Shown: positions 63,201 through 64,000 of the stretch, piece by piece
Layout: each line of letters begins with the position of its first letter
Numbering within the stretch: the first letter of the stretch is position 1
Assembly: GCA_016840085.1 (NCBI GenBank)
Contig: JAEOTA010000084.1
Span: 10,401 to 74,400 of the forward strand
Reading direction: 5' to 3'
Length of the DNA stretch: 64,000 nt
Source: Promethearchaeota archaeon
GTDB taxonomy: Archaea; Asgardarchaeota; Lokiarchaeia; Sigyniarchaeales; SOKP01
The notes under the pieces: generated by a model
What the model saw: only the letters and a program-made list of their open reading frames with translations
Databases searched by the model: none
Told to the model about the DNA's origin: nothing
Translations under genes and position numbers: made by a program

Positions 63201-63994
63201 CTCACGATTTCATTATAATCCCTACGAAACCTTTCGAAATATTTGAATAAAAGCGTTCCTACTCTTAATTTTTCGCCTAATTCTTTTTCTATTTTTTCTA
63301 TTTCTTGCTCAAATTCTTGTTTAACAATTTCTCGATTCTGTAATTTCTTATACAATTCACAAACTTTATCATATTCTTTTAATAACTCAATTAATTCTTC
63401 TCTTGATTTTTCTGAGATTTCTTCATTACTGGCAGTTTCTTTAATGCGATTAATTAAATATTTTACCGGTTCTTCTTTAAGTTCTTGAATTTCTTTTTTT
63501 GATTCTTTATCTAATTCTTGTTTTTCTTCATATTCTTTATACTCTTTTTCTCCTTTCCCTTCTTTCCACTCCATAAAACCTTTAGTTTCTTTTTGGGCAT
63601 AAATTGCTCTCCTTCCTGTTTCTTGATGATATTGCTCTTTAAGGATTTCATAATTATCTTTTTCTGTATCTTTTATATTTTCTTTCGAATCTTGCAGTTT
63701 TTCTAGATTGGATTCTTGTAAAGACTCTTTAAATTCTTCTTGAGTTTCTTGGCTCTCGATTTCCTCTTTTATCTTGCCATTTTGATGTATTTCGTCCTCA
63801 AATTTTAATTCTCGATCATTTATAGAAACCTCTTTTTCTTCTTGTTCTAACAGATTATCAAATTCCTTTTCTGGTTCTAATTCTGATTTATATTCATGGT
63901 TTTGTTCAGTTTCTTGTTCTAAATCATGATCTGAATTAAGTTCGGGAGATTCATCATGACGATAAAAAGGTTCAGTGTTATCTGCTAACCCCAT
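60278..63994 (-). CDS. Large repeat-containing protein: acidic N-terminus, HTH, four 87-aa repeats, putative C-terminal PD-(D/E)XK-like domain
   Basis: 1238-aa ORF; repeats read directly; C-terminal G..FH...FYE...CDNAI...FDY pattern. Confidence 0.8.
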   Translation of the reverse strand: MGLADNTEPFYRHDESPELNSDHDLEQETEQNHEYKSELEPEKEFDNLLEQEEKEVSINDRELKFEDEIHQNGKIKEEIESQETQEEFKESLQESNLEKLQDSKENIKDTEKDNYEILKEQYHQETGRRAIYAQKETKGFMEWKEGKGEKEYKEYEEKQELDKESKKEIQELKEEPVKYLINRIKETASNEEISEKSREELIELLKEYDKVCELYKKLQNREIVKQEFEQEIEKIEKELGEKLRVGTLLFKYFERFRRDYNEIVRRAGKRVAMLQISHKTNRFLLNISQRLEQFKKEGISQDTLEKNSVSKEWAIFLKKHIEESTDQEFSKEIKEELQYLIHQFINNKKLLIKQLKEHNPRFDDFIKELRHSLAIYNEYKSRKYEKSLILEGKRVAKKIAHQLVEIKKNYILQKIFIENNPGFQNLKEILKENLYKNITLRLNEKAIINKIIQKEKLNEKDKVEIISLLIKLPTEDLISLLGKDFKKHTQNYVRRGWDYNIGAKKLMLNKYLKRKISNEFFDDKDCLEFSVDQDINFNKKLQEKFKEYHKETGKYANWGINIRKDFITWLDKRIQKDGILTREKKNLDHLKDICIEINNNLEIKEFIIEKIQNSNLTQQGILKEFKGIGIKLSSATISRIYHELCKNKKFMRESQWSFLDRDEFGNSLDHEEVVKRAAEYLIDNILTDDFRKKYRLKIGEAPTLYIENKKILRFRGAIGYRNLSYNEILLKAGLKINLELDKWSFLDCNENGEPLNYRQAIKRAAEYLNNEILTNDFRKKYCLKKDEAPAINLTNVKLSKFLASVRKRHLLYNDIARKAGLRINLEHGKWSFLDYDENKNTLTYEQAIIKAGEYLSKKILTDRFRERYNLNKNEAPSIDTPDTELMKFRGAIGRRGLSYNDILRKSDLLINLDYRKWAFLDSDENGKLLSYEEAIERAAEYFIRYLFTKDFQKKYNLGKDETPTMNVEDSKLQKFFSAISKRNLSYNDILEKAGLNIHESLTFSKIGNYFHWIQEFLFLKHTRVKGCHSFYEPYINIKTDYRNNKMFKKYVMNHCDNAIIFDKSINSLSKATKNLFAEKRKTIRLLTFDYFLGNSFKYIKKHCLRGYQNHKRMLILIPTHSTRPRLTPINVPYSYNVKIMAPVSFANFLGYKGTLLEIFSKSIELVKRAPYDSKAFEELQEIAVKCRKTIREKYNYNHNELEKFIQKNKSYYKMDLLRYKPNKSNLEYYLDKNNSKNN
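60986..62029 (-). repeat. Four tandem 261-bp (87-aa) intragenic repeats
   Basis: W(S/A)FLD unit starts at 62029, 61768, 61507 and 61246, exactly 261 bp apart. Confidence 0.92.
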
Positions 63995-64000
63995 TTCTTC

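Noticed and set aside
4927-63706. Short ORFs nested in or antisense to long genes (for example 4927, 7523, 7871, 19075, 49489, 56291-57160, 63243, 63518)
   Set aside because: Shadow frames of well-supported genes with no independent motifs

Overview
Very AT-rich archaeal chromosomal segment, most likely an Asgard archaeon (Lokiarchaeia/Promethearchaeia). This placement is inferred from archaeal core genes (rpl3-rpl4-rpl23, class I LysRS, ABCE1, TFB, ArcTGT, Trm5, Rpp30/Pop5, thermosome, Tsr3, RPA, RqcH, pantoate kinase) together with eukaryotic-signature genes (two roadblock proteins, Rab-like GTPase, RING protein, EMC6-like protein, V4R). The most interesting signals lie outside the supplied ORF track. 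(1) An 18-codon Trp-rich leader peptide (MIMATVIYFTWQWPWWRQ, 32063-32119) with alternative pairings sits directly upstream of a stand-alone trpB2, resembling a bacterial trpL attenuator in an archaeon. (2) An intact aIF1/SUI1 gene has no ATG/GTG/TTG start and most likely begins at ATT, echoing IF3/eIF1 autoregulation. Pop5, a roadblock gene and probably DUF371 appear to start at ATA. (3) All five tRNA genes carry inserts at non-canonical intron positions; tRNA-Asn has two. (4) A Tad-like pilus locus includes a leaderless pilin-like gene, with a remote Flp-type pilin. (5) A 1238-aa protein has four 87-aa repeats and a putative C-terminal nuclease domain. No rRNA, CRISPR array or intact transposase was seen. 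All calls are from manual motif reading; no searches were run.
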